Assembly (NCBI RefSeq): GCF_004010195.1
Contig: NC_057719.1
Span: 41,416,466 to 41,464,541 of the forward strand
Reading direction: 5' to 3'
DNA: 48,076 nt
From: Chiloscyllium plagiosum
Lineage: Eukaryota
Shown here: positions 1-11,805 of the stretch, in pieces
How the letters are laid out: each line of letters begins with the position of its first letter
Position numbering within the stretch: position 1 is the first letter of the stretch
Translations under genes and position numbers: made by a program
Notes under the pieces: model-generated
What the model was told of the DNA's origin: nothing
Database searches by the model: none
The model's input: the letters and a program-made list of their open reading frames with translations, nothing else

Positions 1-950
1 TTCCCACCAGTCCGCTGGGGACTCAAAGAGGGGCTTCATGGTTGTCCAACCTGCGTAGTCCCTGTTGAGCTCCTCAATGTTTCCCGGGGTCAACAGCTTG
101 GTGTTCAGCTTCCACGTTCCCTTACCAGCCCGCTGCTCGTCCTGTAGGTGACAGTCGGCCAGCAGGAGGCATACTGACATACACCTCCAGCAGGTCCTGG
201 CCAATCAAGTCCCACAGAGCGGAATAGAGCTTGACCGGTAAGCTGTCGCTTCCGGGAGTTTTATTCCTTTCAAAGGGCTCGAGGGCCTTGGTCAGCTCGT
301 CCAGAGATAGCGGCTGGTCCAGCCTCACCCGTGTTCTGTCGTCTAAGACCTCCGTGATAGAGGACAGGAACGACTGGGAGGCCGCGCTGTCGGAGGCAGT
401 GGTCAGAGAAGAACACCGGCTTGATGTCGGTGGATCTGACCGAGAGCGTTTGGGACACAAACAGGTAATCTATCCTTGAGCGGATAGACCCGTCTGCCCA
501 TGACCAGGTGTATCTACGCTGCGCTCCGTCTGCCACATCCTCTGCTTTGAACCTGCAGCACTCCAGCAAAATCTTCTTCACGAACACCGTCCGATCGACC
601 AGTGCTTGCTCCTCCAGCTTCTTCACAGTCACAGTGTGTTGCGAATGCCCTGGCCTGGGCTGCGAGCGGCTGCTGAGGCCATAGCTCTGAGGTTGGCTGA
701 TACCTGTATTGGAGTTAGGCTGAAGCCAGCATAAAGATCCACTAAGAGCAGGTCAGCACAACCAAACGATCCTCCAACGTCCAATCACGATCCAGCGATG
801 TCTCCAGCAGCTCCGTCGACTCGCAACACGATCCCCGTGGTTTCTCCCCTGCCAGCACACGTCCGCTGCGTCGAACCTGCAGCACTCGAGCAGAATCTCT
901 TCCTCTGGTCCTCAGGAACTACACATATTCCGAGCCAAAAGGCCGACCCC
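1..950 (-). mobile_element. Tx1-clade (L1 group) non-LTR retrotransposon, 5' half, internally deleted and rearranged
   Basis: ORF1 start at 682 (MASAAARSPGQGIRNT..TVKKLEEQALVDRTVFVKKILLECC, with a frameshift). APE endonuclease motifs YTWS..SRIDYLF..FSDHC and GKGTWKLN. Pre-RT linker LDQPLSLDELTKAL..KTPGSDSLP..LY..LWDLIG. CpG-rich; runs off the window start. Confidence 0.85.
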
Positions 951-1033
951 CTGACTAATGCAGCTAAATATGCATCCCTGAACACTATGGGCAATTTAGC
1001 ATGACCAATTCACCTAACCTGCACATCTTTGGA
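951..1033 (-). mobile_element. HE1-like V-SINE fragment adjoining the Tx1 5' end
   Basis: ctgaacactatgggcaatttagcatgaccaattcacctaacctgcacatctttgga matches the complete SINE copy at 23340-23425. Confidence 0.75.
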
Positions 1034-1039
1034 TAATAT

Positions 1040-1440
1040 TGACTATAAGTCTTCAACATGATCTTTGAAGTTTGATGTCAGCTTTCTAACGCTCGCTACG
1101 ATTCTGGATGGTACGCAGTGGATTTGAATTGTTTTATTCCTAAACTATCCATAGCTTCCCTGAATAATTTTGTCATAAAATTTGACCCTGGATCTGATTG
1201 GATCTCTGTGGTCAGTCCATATCTCATGAAAAGTTTGAGTAACTCTTCTACAATCATTTTAACATATTGCATAATGAAATAGTGTCTGGAAATCTAGTGG
1301 ACACATCATTATTGTTAACAAATGCTGAGTGTTTGTTTTAGGTAGGGGTCTAATGCAATCAGTTAAGACCCTTGTAAAAGATTATTGAAATGCAGGAATG
1401 GGTATTAAAGGTGCTCGTTTTCTTACTGCCTGAGGTTTTT
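1040..1440 (-). mobile_element. Gypsy LTR-retrotransposon integrase (rve) relic
   Basis: Minus-strand reading across frameshifts: APLIPIPAF..FTRVLTDCI.PLPKT..LLTIM..TRFPD..RYGLTTEIQSDPGSNFMTKLFREAMDSLGIKQFKSTAYHPES..ALE; degraded DDE core. Confidence 0.85.
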
Positions 1441-1716
1441 GGATGGAATTTTCCTATTTCAAGTGTTGCGTCAGGTGAGATTCATTGTGCCCAATCCAAC
1501 TTAGAGTGATCTTTCTCATGCAATCTTTCAGCCTTCACCTCATTAATCAGTCAACCATGCTCCTTGGCGACTTTCTTATGGAATTGTGTATCAGACAGGT
1601 TTGTCATTGCCAGCAACTGTGGCAATCAAGCTGAATTGTGTATGCCACTTCAGATACTGCAACCCAGGAACTGGCCTTCACACTGTGGTGCTGCACCTTT
1701 ATCACAGAAGACATGG

Positions 1717-1925
1717 CTCAGAAAGGCAAATTGACTCCCCATGTTGCAGACAGGGTGGTGAAGAGAAAGACCATCCTCTATCTGGCTGACTGCCAGCGAT
1801 AGAATGGCACACCACCAGACACAGCCAGCCTGGACATAGGCAGTGACTCAGACCAAAACTATGCCCCAGGTTAAAAGGAATACACAGCAATGCAGGGAAG
1901 TCAATGACCTATACTCTGCAAGGGT
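1717..1925 (+). mobile_element. Harbinger/PIF-type Myb/SANT-like DNA-binding protein exon, decayed
   Basis: MAQKGKLTP..TILY..PAW..VKRNTQQCREVNDL..SAR followed by a GT donor (gggtaggt); resembles the trihelix 'W....R...QCRK..NDL' motif. Confidence 0.5.
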
Positions 1926-1962
1926 AGGTATCACCATCTCATCTCTGCTATCTCGCATGTAT

Positions 1963-2548
1963 AGGAGTTAGGAGGGCATGTTGTGGCTGTTCAGGACATT
2001 GGTTAGGCCACTTTTGAAAACTCAGTTCAATTCTGGTTTCCTTGCTACAGGAAAGATGTTGTTAAACTTGAAAGACTACAGAATAAGTTTACAAGCATGT
2101 TGTTGGTTTGAGCTATAGGGAGAGACTGAATAGACTGTTGTTTTCCCTGGAGCATTAGAGGCTGCAGAATGACCTTACAGAGGTTTATAAAATCATGAAG
2201 GGCATGGATAGGGTGCATAGCCAAGGTCTTTTCCCTAGGATAGGGGAAGCCAAAAATTGATGGCATAAGTTTAAGGTGAGAGGGGAAGGACACGAAAGGG
2301 ACCTAATGGCAACAATTTCACAGAGGGTGGTGCATGTCCGGAATGAACAGCCAAAGTAAGTGTTGGAGGCTGATACAATTACAACATTTAAAAGGCATCT
2401 GGATGGGTAAATGAATAGGAAGGGTTTAGAGGGATATGGGCCAAATGATGGCAAATGGGACTAGATTAATATAGGATATCTGGTCAGCCTGGACGAGTTG
2501 GACTGGAGGTCTGTTTCCGTGCTGTACATCTCTATGACTCTATGACTC
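1963..2548 (+). mobile_element. CR1 LINE 3' fragment
   Basis: End of ORF2 (RTLVRPLL..QFW..RKDVVKLER..), CR1 3' UTR and (ATGACTCT)n-like tail. Confidence 0.9.
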
Positions 2549-3039
2549 AAAGGGTCATCACTCCCTCTAGTTCTGTCATTGCATGAATCTTTCAGCAACG
2601 TTCATGGACTACAACATTCACTATTACATTCATAGTATCTATTCAATGACTCTCACCCACCTCAGCCTCTCCAACTATTCTTTCTGCCATATGCTCACTT
2701 ACTGGGGACACCTCACCACCCACTGCTGTTTCATCTATTTCCAAAGAAGTCAATCCCTTCCTCTCTCTAATGCAGGCACTAAAGGCACCCAGCAAGTTCC
2801 TCGTGGTTTCGCCTTCCCTTCAGAGGAGGTTGCACTGCCTTTGCATGACATACACAGTTAAAATATCTGCTCTTGGGTCATTTTCACTGTCAAACTTGGT
2901 TATGCTGAAATGTTTTTTCAGACGTTCCAGCGATGAAAGAAGTTCTAATTGCCGAGCTCATCTCCCACAAAGGGGTCCTTGTCTACAGCCACAGTGATTC
3001 CCCGCTTGAGATCTGTGGAGAATGTCAGAAATACAATAG

Positions 3040-3460
3040 AGGTTTCATAGAACATAGAAAAGTACAGCACAGAACAGACCCTTTGGCCCACGATTTTGTG
3101 CCAAGGGTTAATCCTAATGTAAATTAAAAAAACTTAACCTACGCATCCCTCAACTCACTGCTATCCATGTGCATGTCCAGCAGTCACTTAACTGTCTCTA
3201 ATGACTCTGCTTCCACCACCACCGCTGGCACATGCATTCCATTCATTCACAACGCTCTGCGTAAAGAACCTTCCTCTGACGTCCCCTCTATACCTTTCTC
3301 CTGATAACTTAAACTATGACCCTCGTACCAGTCAATTCTGCACTGGGGAAAAATCTAAGGCTATTGATTCTATCCATTCCTCTCATTATCTTATATACCT
3401 CAATCAAGTCACCTCTCTTCCTCCTCTCCAGAGAGAAAAGTCCGAGCTTATTTAACCTCT
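3040..3460 (-). mobile_element. CR1 LINE 3' fragment (different subfamily)
   Basis: catagaacatagaa tail; acaacgctctgcgtaaagaac and cctcaatcaagtcacctct ORF2-end signatures. Confidence 0.8.
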
Positions 3461-3919
3461 TTCACAAAGGAACTCCTTAGGCTTCACTTCTATCACAATG
3501 AAGCATCTTGGCATGTGGCATGTAGCCTTCCTAAAGAGATCATTGTAATGCCCCCATAAGAAACTTTGAGATTTGTGACCTTATCTAATTGAACTTTGCA
3601 GCACCAAATTTTAATGCTGTATTGGCAGTAGAATTCTGCGAGCAAGCCACTATCTACACCCCTTCCCCAAAGTGAATCCTACCTTGTGCAACACAGACCA
3701 TGCCCTTGCGTATTTACAAGGTGAAAGTGAGGATTGCAGTATTATGTATTTCCAGTTCAGTGTGAGTGTCTGCCAGCTGTGATGCATTTGTCTTCCAGTG
3801 CTACCTGTGGAATGTGTTTGGGAAACTGGAATGTCAGGTTATACTTTGACAGTTGTTTCACTGATGTGACACAGAATTAATTAGAGCATACAATGTGATG
3901 ATCCTGATTGAATTCCAAA

Positions 3920-4048
3920 CACATTCAAGACTATGGGCCAAGTCCTGAAAATATGAATAGAATAGTTTGGTGGTTAATTTTGATAAATGCAGACTTGGAG
4001 GGGCAAAGGGCCTTTTTCTATCTGTAGATTCTATTGCTCTATGACTTT
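3920..4048 (+). mobile_element. CR1 3' tail fragment
   Basis: tcaagactatgggccaagt..gggcaaagggccttttt..ctctatgact. Confidence 0.6.
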
Positions 4049-4369
4049 AAAATTTAGAATATGCATTTTTTTTGGATACTGAATGTCCTGCTGATGAAGT
4101 GCAAATTGAAGCCAAAAGGGTGTCATTACTAAGTTGGTGTAGCAAATTCTAAGACCTTTATGAAGCCCCTGAAGAAGAAACACAGAAATTTACCCTGTCC
4201 ACTTTCTATGTAGTGTCATCCATTTTGATAATCATTGCCTTTGATCCAACATGGCACATTTCACATTTTAATATTGAGACACAAGAACATCCTGCCCATC
4301 CTTCATCATTTTGTATTGCAGTTATTGTGGCTGTCATATGCAGTCAGTGAAAAAGAAGCAAATGTGAGG

Positions 4370-4557
4370 TGAGGAAACAAATAAACCTTTTCTTGTAAAT
4401 GGTTTGGTTCAGAAATGCATGTTCCAGAAATATAGTGGAGGCAAGGGTATGGGGTACAAGGCTGGACAAATCACATTAACTCATTTGGAGAGTTGCTGCA
4501 GACACAACAGACCAAATAAACTCCTTCTGTGCTATAAAACTTGTATAATTCTGTGAC
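4370..4557 (+). mobile_element. CR1 3' tail fragment
   Basis: gtgaggaaacaa..atagtggaggca..gaccaaataaactccttctgtgctat..attctgtga. Confidence 0.55.
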
Positions 4558-5708
4558 TTGCCACACAGCAACATGTCCACCCTATTGTTCAGCTCTGTAT
4601 GTTGTCTAAGCTTTTGATGCTAAAAGTGTGGCCCAAGCCACAGAGCGTGGCAAACTGTGAGTCAGGGCTGAAGTCAGTGAAAATGTTCTAAGAAAGTAAG
4701 GTTAGCACACAAAGATTGGCAGCACCAAGTAAATGTAAAAGTGAGTGAGTGACTGAGTGAGAAAGCAAGTCATAAACCATAAGATTGAGGAGGATTGTGA
4801 CCATGAAGCGGGGACATGGTGTTGAGTAGAGAGTTGGACGATGATTGGTCCAAGTAAATGTGAGCTACAGCCACCAGGTCCCCACTCTGACGTATTTTCA
4901 GAAATTTGGACTATCTAGTTTCTTGAGGAAGGAAAGGAGAACTGAAAGTGGAGTATAAGTAAGGTGCATTGGACTATTAATGAGATGCAAAAGCATGTAA
5001 ATAAGTTAGTCACCACTCAATAGCAAGATTCTGCAGTTGCTACTTAGGTCTGAGTGAAAAAAAAACGGTTGCAAGCCTTTTTCTCATTGTTGAGGTTTTG
5101 ATGTTTTTCATTCTTGACAACTTCCTAGCTATTATCCACGCCACAGCAGGGAAGGGAAAATTCTGCCCATCTTGTCAATTCTGAATCAAACCACTGGAGG
5201 ACCCGATGTGTCAGTCCATTATCCCAAATCGGGAGAAAGAGAGACACACACAGAGAGAAAGAAAAGACTTCAAAGAACTGATATGGCTTTGCTGAAAAAC
5301 ATTTACTGACATGTACCAAAAATGACAGTTGCCCTGAAGAAATCAGTCTTTCAGATTGACCTGTCCTTTGAGCTGAGGTGAACAGTGTGGGCAGAGGTAA
5401 ACAGTGGGCAGGGTCTTGTCTTACGCAGAATATTACAGCTATAATTTACATACTGGAAATGTGCCAGTGCATAATGAGACCCATTCTTTCAGGCTTCATT
5501 TAGGTTTTCTCCATTGCTGTCTAGGATGTGAAAACAAAATACTAATTTTTATTATATTCTATTATTTTCCATGTTGAGGTGACTGATTAAATCTCTTTGA
5601 AATAAGATGATAAATACTCAGCAGTCACAGTTGTTTTCTAACCATCTGAGTTAATAAGTGTATGGGGTGATGCACCTAGCAAAATATAGCTGCATGTGCC
5701 ACTCTACT

Positions 5709-5900
5709 CACCCTGTCTGACCTGATTAGGTCATGAAAACATGTCCAGCACCTAATCGGAAGCTGCTGCTGCTGACCTGCTCAACTATCTCCAGCCTCAT
5801 GGTAGCTGCAGGTTACTGCCTTCAACTATAGAGGAATGGTGTCTGTCTCCTGGCTTCTCACAGCCACGAACAGCACATCAAGGGATGTATCACTTAAGTG
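5709..5900 (-). mobile_element. Harbinger/PIF-type Myb/SANT-like exon, decayed (second copy)
   Basis: Minus strand SLDVLFVAVRSQ..LEIVEQVSSSS..RCWTCFHDLIRSDR followed by a canonical gtgagt donor. Confidence 0.55.
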
Positions 5901-6231
5901 AGGTGCAGCCTTTGACTATCTTAAAACCATTGTCACACTTCGTCTTCTCTAGTTTTCAATTTCAAGCGCCGTCAAATGCCATCACTAAATTGGAACTTGA
6001 AATACTGAAATTACAATATAACTTTTTCCTGGATGCTACTGCACATTAGATCCTGAAATAAGAAGCCAAATGATAAAGTAGCAGCCATGTTAAAATGCCA
6101 CTAACAGACAACGGAGCTTTTGATTGGGTTTCCCACAAGATATTAGCTCTTACAACATGTCCAAGTTAATATCAGGGCCACTGGGTGTAAGTAAATCAGG
6201 CAGCAAACAGATGCGAGTCTTTAAAATCCAC

Positions 6232-6950
6232 AGAACTATGATAACATTACATCACAACAAGCCATTCAGCCCATCACATCTGCAGCGGCTGAATACAACA
6301 GCCACCTATTCTAGTCTGACTTACCGAAACCTGGTCCATTACCTTACGTGTTACAAAACTTCAGATGCAGATCCAGGTTCCTTTTAAATAAGTTGAGAGC
6401 TTCTGTCTCAGCCATTAAACTCAGCAGCAAATTCCAAACACCCACCCCTCTCTGGATGAGAAAGGTTTGCCTCATGTACCCCAATCCTTCTACCAATCAC
6501 TCTAAATCTTTGTCCCCGGTAACTGGCTGCCCTACCAGTGGAAATTGTTCCTCCCCATCCACTCTATCCAAGCCGTTCATTATTTTGCACCAAATGACAG
6601 GAAGATGTAGGAGCAGAATTAGGCCATTCGGCCTATTGAGTTTTCTCCGCCCTTCAATCATGGCTGATATGTTTCTCATCCCCATTCTCTTGCCTTCTCC
6701 CTGTAACCCTTGATCTGCTTACTCATCGAAGAACCTAACTGTCTCTGTCTGAAATACACCCAATGACTTAGCCTCCATAGCTCTTTGTGGCAATCGATTA
6801 AGTACCTCTGGCTGAAGAAATTCCTCACGTCAAGTCACCCCTTAGCCTCTTTTGTTCAAAGGAAAACAATCCTGGCTTATCCAATCGTTCCTCATGGCTG
6901 CAATTTTCGATCCCTAGCAACATTCTTGTAAGTATTCTCTGAATCTCTTT
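6232..6950 (-). mobile_element. CR1 LINE 3' fragment with a second CR1 tail nested at ~6597-6826
   Basis: ORF 6825..7076 ends EERLDKPGLFSFEQKRLRGDL; ORF 6497..6685 has KIMNGLDRVDGE..FPLV; nested tail taggagcagaattaggccattcggcc. Confidence 0.8.
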
Positions 6951-6954
6951 ACAG

Positions 6955-7350
6955 CAGTTACTGATGTACTGCTGAGGTGATGTCATGAGTATACTGAAGG
7001 TCATGAGACAGACAATTTTCACACAGCAAAGAGCCACAAAGAGCAATGACATAATTGACCAAGAAATCTGATTCACTTATAAGAGTTAAGGGATGAGTTC
7101 TGGCCATGACATTGATAGAATTCCCCCACTCTTCTTTGTATAAATGGTTTCAGATTTTTTCCATCTATCTGGTAGGCCAGTGTTTAATTCCTCAGCAGAA
7201 AGGCGACAGCTTCAACAATACAGCACTCCATCAACACTGCACTGAAGTGGCAGATCAGATTATGTGCTGAAATCTCTGGAGGAGGGTTTGAATCAATCAG
7301 TTTTGGACTGAGACTCATAGAAAGGAGTGGTACCAATTGTACCAAGACTG
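6955..7350 (-). mobile_element. DeuSINE (SacSINE1-like) tRNA-derived SINE, old
   Basis: Minus strand has a tRNA-like head, then cagagatttcagcacataatct..cagtgcagtgttgatggagtgctgtattgttgaagctgtcgcctttctgctgaggaattaaac, resembling the DeuSINE body as I recall it. Confidence 0.6.
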
Positions 7351-9357
7351 ACACAACTCTGCTCAGTATACACTGCATCAGTCCAGTCAGAAATTGTTCT
7401 TCAGATCAGGCGAATGATTGATGATTGGAGCTTTTTAAAGAACAATAAACATAGATCTAATCCATAATTATTTATTTCGACATTTGACCGAGTGGATAAA
7501 CAGAGATGCTGAAATTCTCTGAGCAGTAATTAGTTGATTAACTTGTCACACAATTTCAGTTTGGTAATACTGCTGCATTAATTACATAAAACAATGAAAG
7601 AAGTAATGTATGAAGCAAGTACAATTCTTTGAGAAAAGAAAGTGACGAAGGTGCAAATAAAGAGGTGAAATAGGCTGAATCATGGTCATAAGCTGTTTGA
7701 AAAGCTCAGGAACTAGTCTATAATCTTCAATGAACCTTTGGGCAGATGCTATTGGCAGAACACTCAGTTTGCATCAGTATGATTTGTGGCCAATTATATT
7801 GCATGCCTAAAGGTGTCAGCACATAGCTACATTATTGGGTTTGTGCCTCTGTTAAATTTGATGGATTCAAACTTCCAAAGCTTAGTTGCTACCCCTGTCA
7901 GAGGAATAGTTACGATGGATGGGGTTATGTTGCTCTTTCTCAGAATCACAGGCCTGTGTTGCTGCCTGGAGTGATGTTGCTGCAGGTTGGAGAGAACCAG
8001 GAAACCTTCCTGCCCACAGTAACTTTGACAGCAAGAGGCAAGGATTTGTGCACCTTTGCATTTGATACAGCAAGACACCCTCCAAGATACACTATGTTGC
8101 ATGTATGCACAGGGATGGTTGTGCAACAGGACTTTGTAGCCAGTCCTCTTATTGGAATATGTACATTACATACAGATAACTAGGAGAGACGATCTTATAG
8201 TAGGTCCTGCTACACTGTGTCACGCAATTGAATGTCAATCCTCAAGTATTCTATTGGTAGCTGCTACAAAGCAACTAACACCAACCCCACAAAGCCTTCC
8301 TCAGCGATCTGAGTAAAGAAGTTTTGGGCTCATACATTGGTGAGGTAAGGCCTCCTGAGAAATATTCCCTCCGATCTCCTCTTTTCACAGCTCTAATTCC
8401 TTGCTTTTATTTCCTGCTCTTCTGCACCCTCCTGCTGTTCTCCCAGCTATACTGGGTCTTGTATTCACAGACCACCTAGCTCAGTGCAGGATCTGACAGT
8501 GGATCTCAGTCTCTGTATCTCATGCGTTGTGTATATTCTCTCTAAGCTGTGTGTGACATCCACTTCCAGAATCCGCTGCTGTTTGCACAGAGTTTGGACA
8601 TCTGCTCAGGTCAAAGAAAGATTATGGGGCTGCTGCAGTGTACTGCATTCAATATCTGAGTGTTGGAAGTCAATCGTACCCACCGTAGTGACCTCCTGTC
8701 TCTCCAGTTCTGAAAGCACCCAACAACATTCCAGATGTTCCAGGGATGTGGATCCAGAGGCCTACCTGCAGCATGACCAGCCACAACATGGCATTGTGAA
8801 ATACAAGATAAAATGGGTTTGGGGAAAAGTGCCTTCCAGACCAAATTTAAAAAGTCACGATCAGTTGTAAGTACAAAATGTCCATTTGAGTTCAAACAGT
8901 TCAGTTTTTAAAAAAAGCCTGTACACTTGATTGTTTATCATGTACACTTCATGTCTCTAGCCAAAGGTGTGTCCTTAGTTGTAGGCAAGTAGCTAGTGCC
9001 AACTTGATTTTTACCGTATCTGAAAAATGCATTCATCTGAACTAAAAAAATGCCTTCTTGACAAATGAAAGAAAAGCCTGAAATTGTCAACTTCCACGTG
9101 GAATGGGAAAATGAATTCCTGTTCATTACTGTAAACACAAAGAGCATTTGCCTTATATGTCACCAAAATAATATCCTTATGTAAAAGGAGGAATTTGGAA
9201 CAATACCATAAGGCTTGCATTGAAGCATCATTTCACATTTGCCAACTTCTGACAAGACACAAGAAATCTTTCACAGATGGTGAAGTAGAAAGAAACAATG
9301 ACTGTGGCCACTTACTATTTATTCACAAGTTTTAAGAACTAGGCGGAAATAATAACA

Positions 9358-9444
9358 ATCACCTGATGAAGGAGCAGCACTCCGAAAGCTAGTGCTTCCA
9401 AATAAACCTGTTGGGCCATAACGTGGTGTTGTATGATTTTTAAC
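9358..9444 (+). mobile_element. 87-bp Penelope pLTR-end insertion with 12-bp TSD
   Basis: gaaataataaca duplicated at 9346-9357 and 9445-9456; removing the insert restores the transposase reading (AEIITAIQSMS). Confidence 0.85.
9360..9394 (+). ncRNA. Minimal type I hammerhead ribozyme
   Basis: cac-CUGAUGA-a-GGAG(cagca)CUCC-GAAA-gc-UA-gug: intact core, stem II, palindromic stem III and 3-bp stem I. Confidence 0.75.
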
Positions 9445-9470
9445 GAAATAATAACAGCAATCCAAAGCAT

Positions 9471-10875
9471 GTCATAGAATCATGACATCATACAGAGCAG
9501 AAGTGGTCCTTCAGCCCATTGAAGCTGTACCACTAAAAATTATACAAAATCTTCACCAGTCCCACTTTCCAGCACTTGGTCCTTAGACTTGAATGTTACG
9601 AAACTGCTAATGCTCGCTCGGATGCCTTTGGAAGGTTTTTAGGTTACCTGCCTCAACTTCCCTCCCAGGTAGTGTATTCCAGAACCCCAGCATTCATTGG
9701 TGAAAATATTTTTCCTCAAGTCTCCTCTAAACCATTATAAAATAATGCCTCCTTGTTATTGACCATTCAACAAGCTGCTTTCTTTTCACCCTGTCCATGC
9801 CCCTCATAATCTTGTACACACCTATCAGGTCCATCATCAACTTTGACTGCTCCAAAGAAAACAGAGCTAAGATGCTCCATCCTGGTGAATCTCCTTGGCA
9901 CCCCTCCAGCATAATCAGATCCTTCCTATAATGTGGTGACCAGATCTGCATACTGAACTCAAAGTCCTGTACAGCTGTAACATAACCTCTGTTTCTTTGT
10001 AATCTATTTTGTGACTGACCATATGCCTTCTTAACTACCTTGTTAACCTGCCCTGCTATCTTCAGGAATCTGTAGACAAGCACCCAAAGATTTCTCTCTT
10101 CCTCTGAGCTTCCTAGTGTCTTGCTATTCATTCAGCATTTCCTTGTCTTGTTACTTCTTCCAAAGTAATGGTTAAATCCCATTATGGTTAAATGCCAACT
10201 GCCACTAAGCTGCCCATTTGACCACCCTGTCTATATCCTCCTATCCTAAGACCTACTTCCTCCTGTCAACCATTCAACCAATTTTCAGGTCACTCTCCAA
10301 CTTACTTACCATCCCCCCACCCCACATTCTCATTTCCATTATTTAAGGGACCCAGCACAATTCCCTGCGATACACCACTTGACCTCACCCTTTATTCACG
10401 CACCCTTCTACCACTACCCTTTGTCTCCTCCCAATATGCCAAATTTGGATTGAACTTGCCAATCCAAAGATCTTATGTGCTTTCGTATTCTTTATCAGTC
10501 TCTCATATGAAGACCTTACTGAAATCCAGGTAAACTACATCAATGCATTATCCTCATCTATATGCTTGGTCATGTCCTCATAAAATTCAACCAGATTTGT
10601 TAGGCATAATCTCCCTCTGGCAAAGCCATGCTGACTATCCCCGATCAAATCTTGCCTCTCTAAATGGAGATTAATTTTCTCCTTCAGAATTTTCTCCAAA
10701 CGTTTCCCTACTACTGATGTAAGATGTATCCTGTAGCTTTCTGGTCTATCTCTACCACGCTCCTTGTAAAATAGAACCACATTTTTCCTCTCTTTTTCTG
10801 GCATGTTCCCTGTGACCAGAGAGAAATTCAAAAAGTTGGATCAGGGCCCCTGTGATTTCCTCTCTTATGTCTCAC
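9471..10875 (-). mobile_element. CR1 LINE, 5'-truncated, diverged
   Basis: ORF 10535..10831 (LTSVVGKRLEKIL..SQHGF..CLTNLVEFYE) and ORF 9727..10131 (IWSPHYRKD..YKIMRGMDRV). Confidence 0.9.
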
Positions 10876-11805
10876 AGCAATATTTACTTGTTGCCTCCAC
10901 AGTAACAACACATGTGGAATCTTTGTCCAAAGATACCTTGCAGCAACTACAGCAGGATCTGAAAGACTGAATGCTTCATACTGCAGTTTGATGAACCCAT
11001 CAACATGGCCAATACTACCCAGCTGATTGTTTTGTGCACATGGTTTTTCAGGACATAACAACTAATGGGGATCTTCTCATTCCTTTGTTCCTTAAAGACA
11101 GATTCTTTAAAACAGATACAACAAATTCAAAAGATCTGTGCTTGAAAAAATATTCTAATCAAGCAACCAGATTCCAATACAGCTGAGAGTGCACCAGCAA
11201 TGCTTGGCACAAGTATGGGCTTTGGTGCATTTTACAGAGTGATAATGATTTCCCCTCTTTTTTACCATTGTACAATCCAGCAGGACATATTGGTGAGTAA
11301 AGTGATGGACTTTTCACTTGTAATGAACATTGTTGTTGGAATTATAACCTCAATTTCAACAAGACCCCTTCAACGCCATTTGTTTAAATCCTTAATTCAC
11401 AAACTCGATGTTGTCTGTCGTAAAATAATCCTCCATCCTTAATGGAGGTGGTTAATTTGAGGGAATGTCCTGCAAAGATTTTTTGATCTGATGCCAGAAA
11501 TCAATGCTTTTCTTAAATGAAGGAACAACGCATGCGGTGAACTGTTTGCTCAGTTTTGGGATCCTTACAGATATACCATCAAAACTGAACGAGTTGAACT
11601 GTGAACTACATGGAAATGGACGGAGACTCAGCACATAGGATCAGTGCTGTTAAAAACTGGGTTTGTGGTCCTCCCAATTAAAGAAAAAACATGAAGCACA
11701 ACAACATTTCTTGAGTCTAGAGAAAAAAGAACAAAGTTAAAGGAAAATCATTTACCCAGAAAATGTTTGTGCACATCTGAAGATCTCAGCAGAGGAATTC
11801 AACAG

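Larger units (their letters stand above)
9060..11805 (+). mobile_element. hAT DNA transposon transposase relic (GTF2IRD2/SPIN-like), split by a PLE mini-insert and a CR1
   Basis: Zn-finger NFHVEWENEFLF..CLICHQ..KRRNLEQYH; EASFHICQLLTRHKKSFTDGEV; LQFDE..TQLI; SAPAMLG; YHCTIQQDIL..RPLQRHLFKSL..RWL..GNVLQRFFDL; DIPSKLNELNCELHG. C-terminus and TIRs not recognised. Confidence 0.85.

Noticed and set aside
7786..8895. Cluster of overlapping short ORFs (up to 128 aa)
   Set aside because: No recognisable domain or splice structure; probably old repeat-derived sequence.
9060..11805. Domesticated GTF2IRD2/ZBED host gene (also considered for 35970-41767)
   Set aside because: Multiple stops, frameshifts and TE insertions in both transposases.
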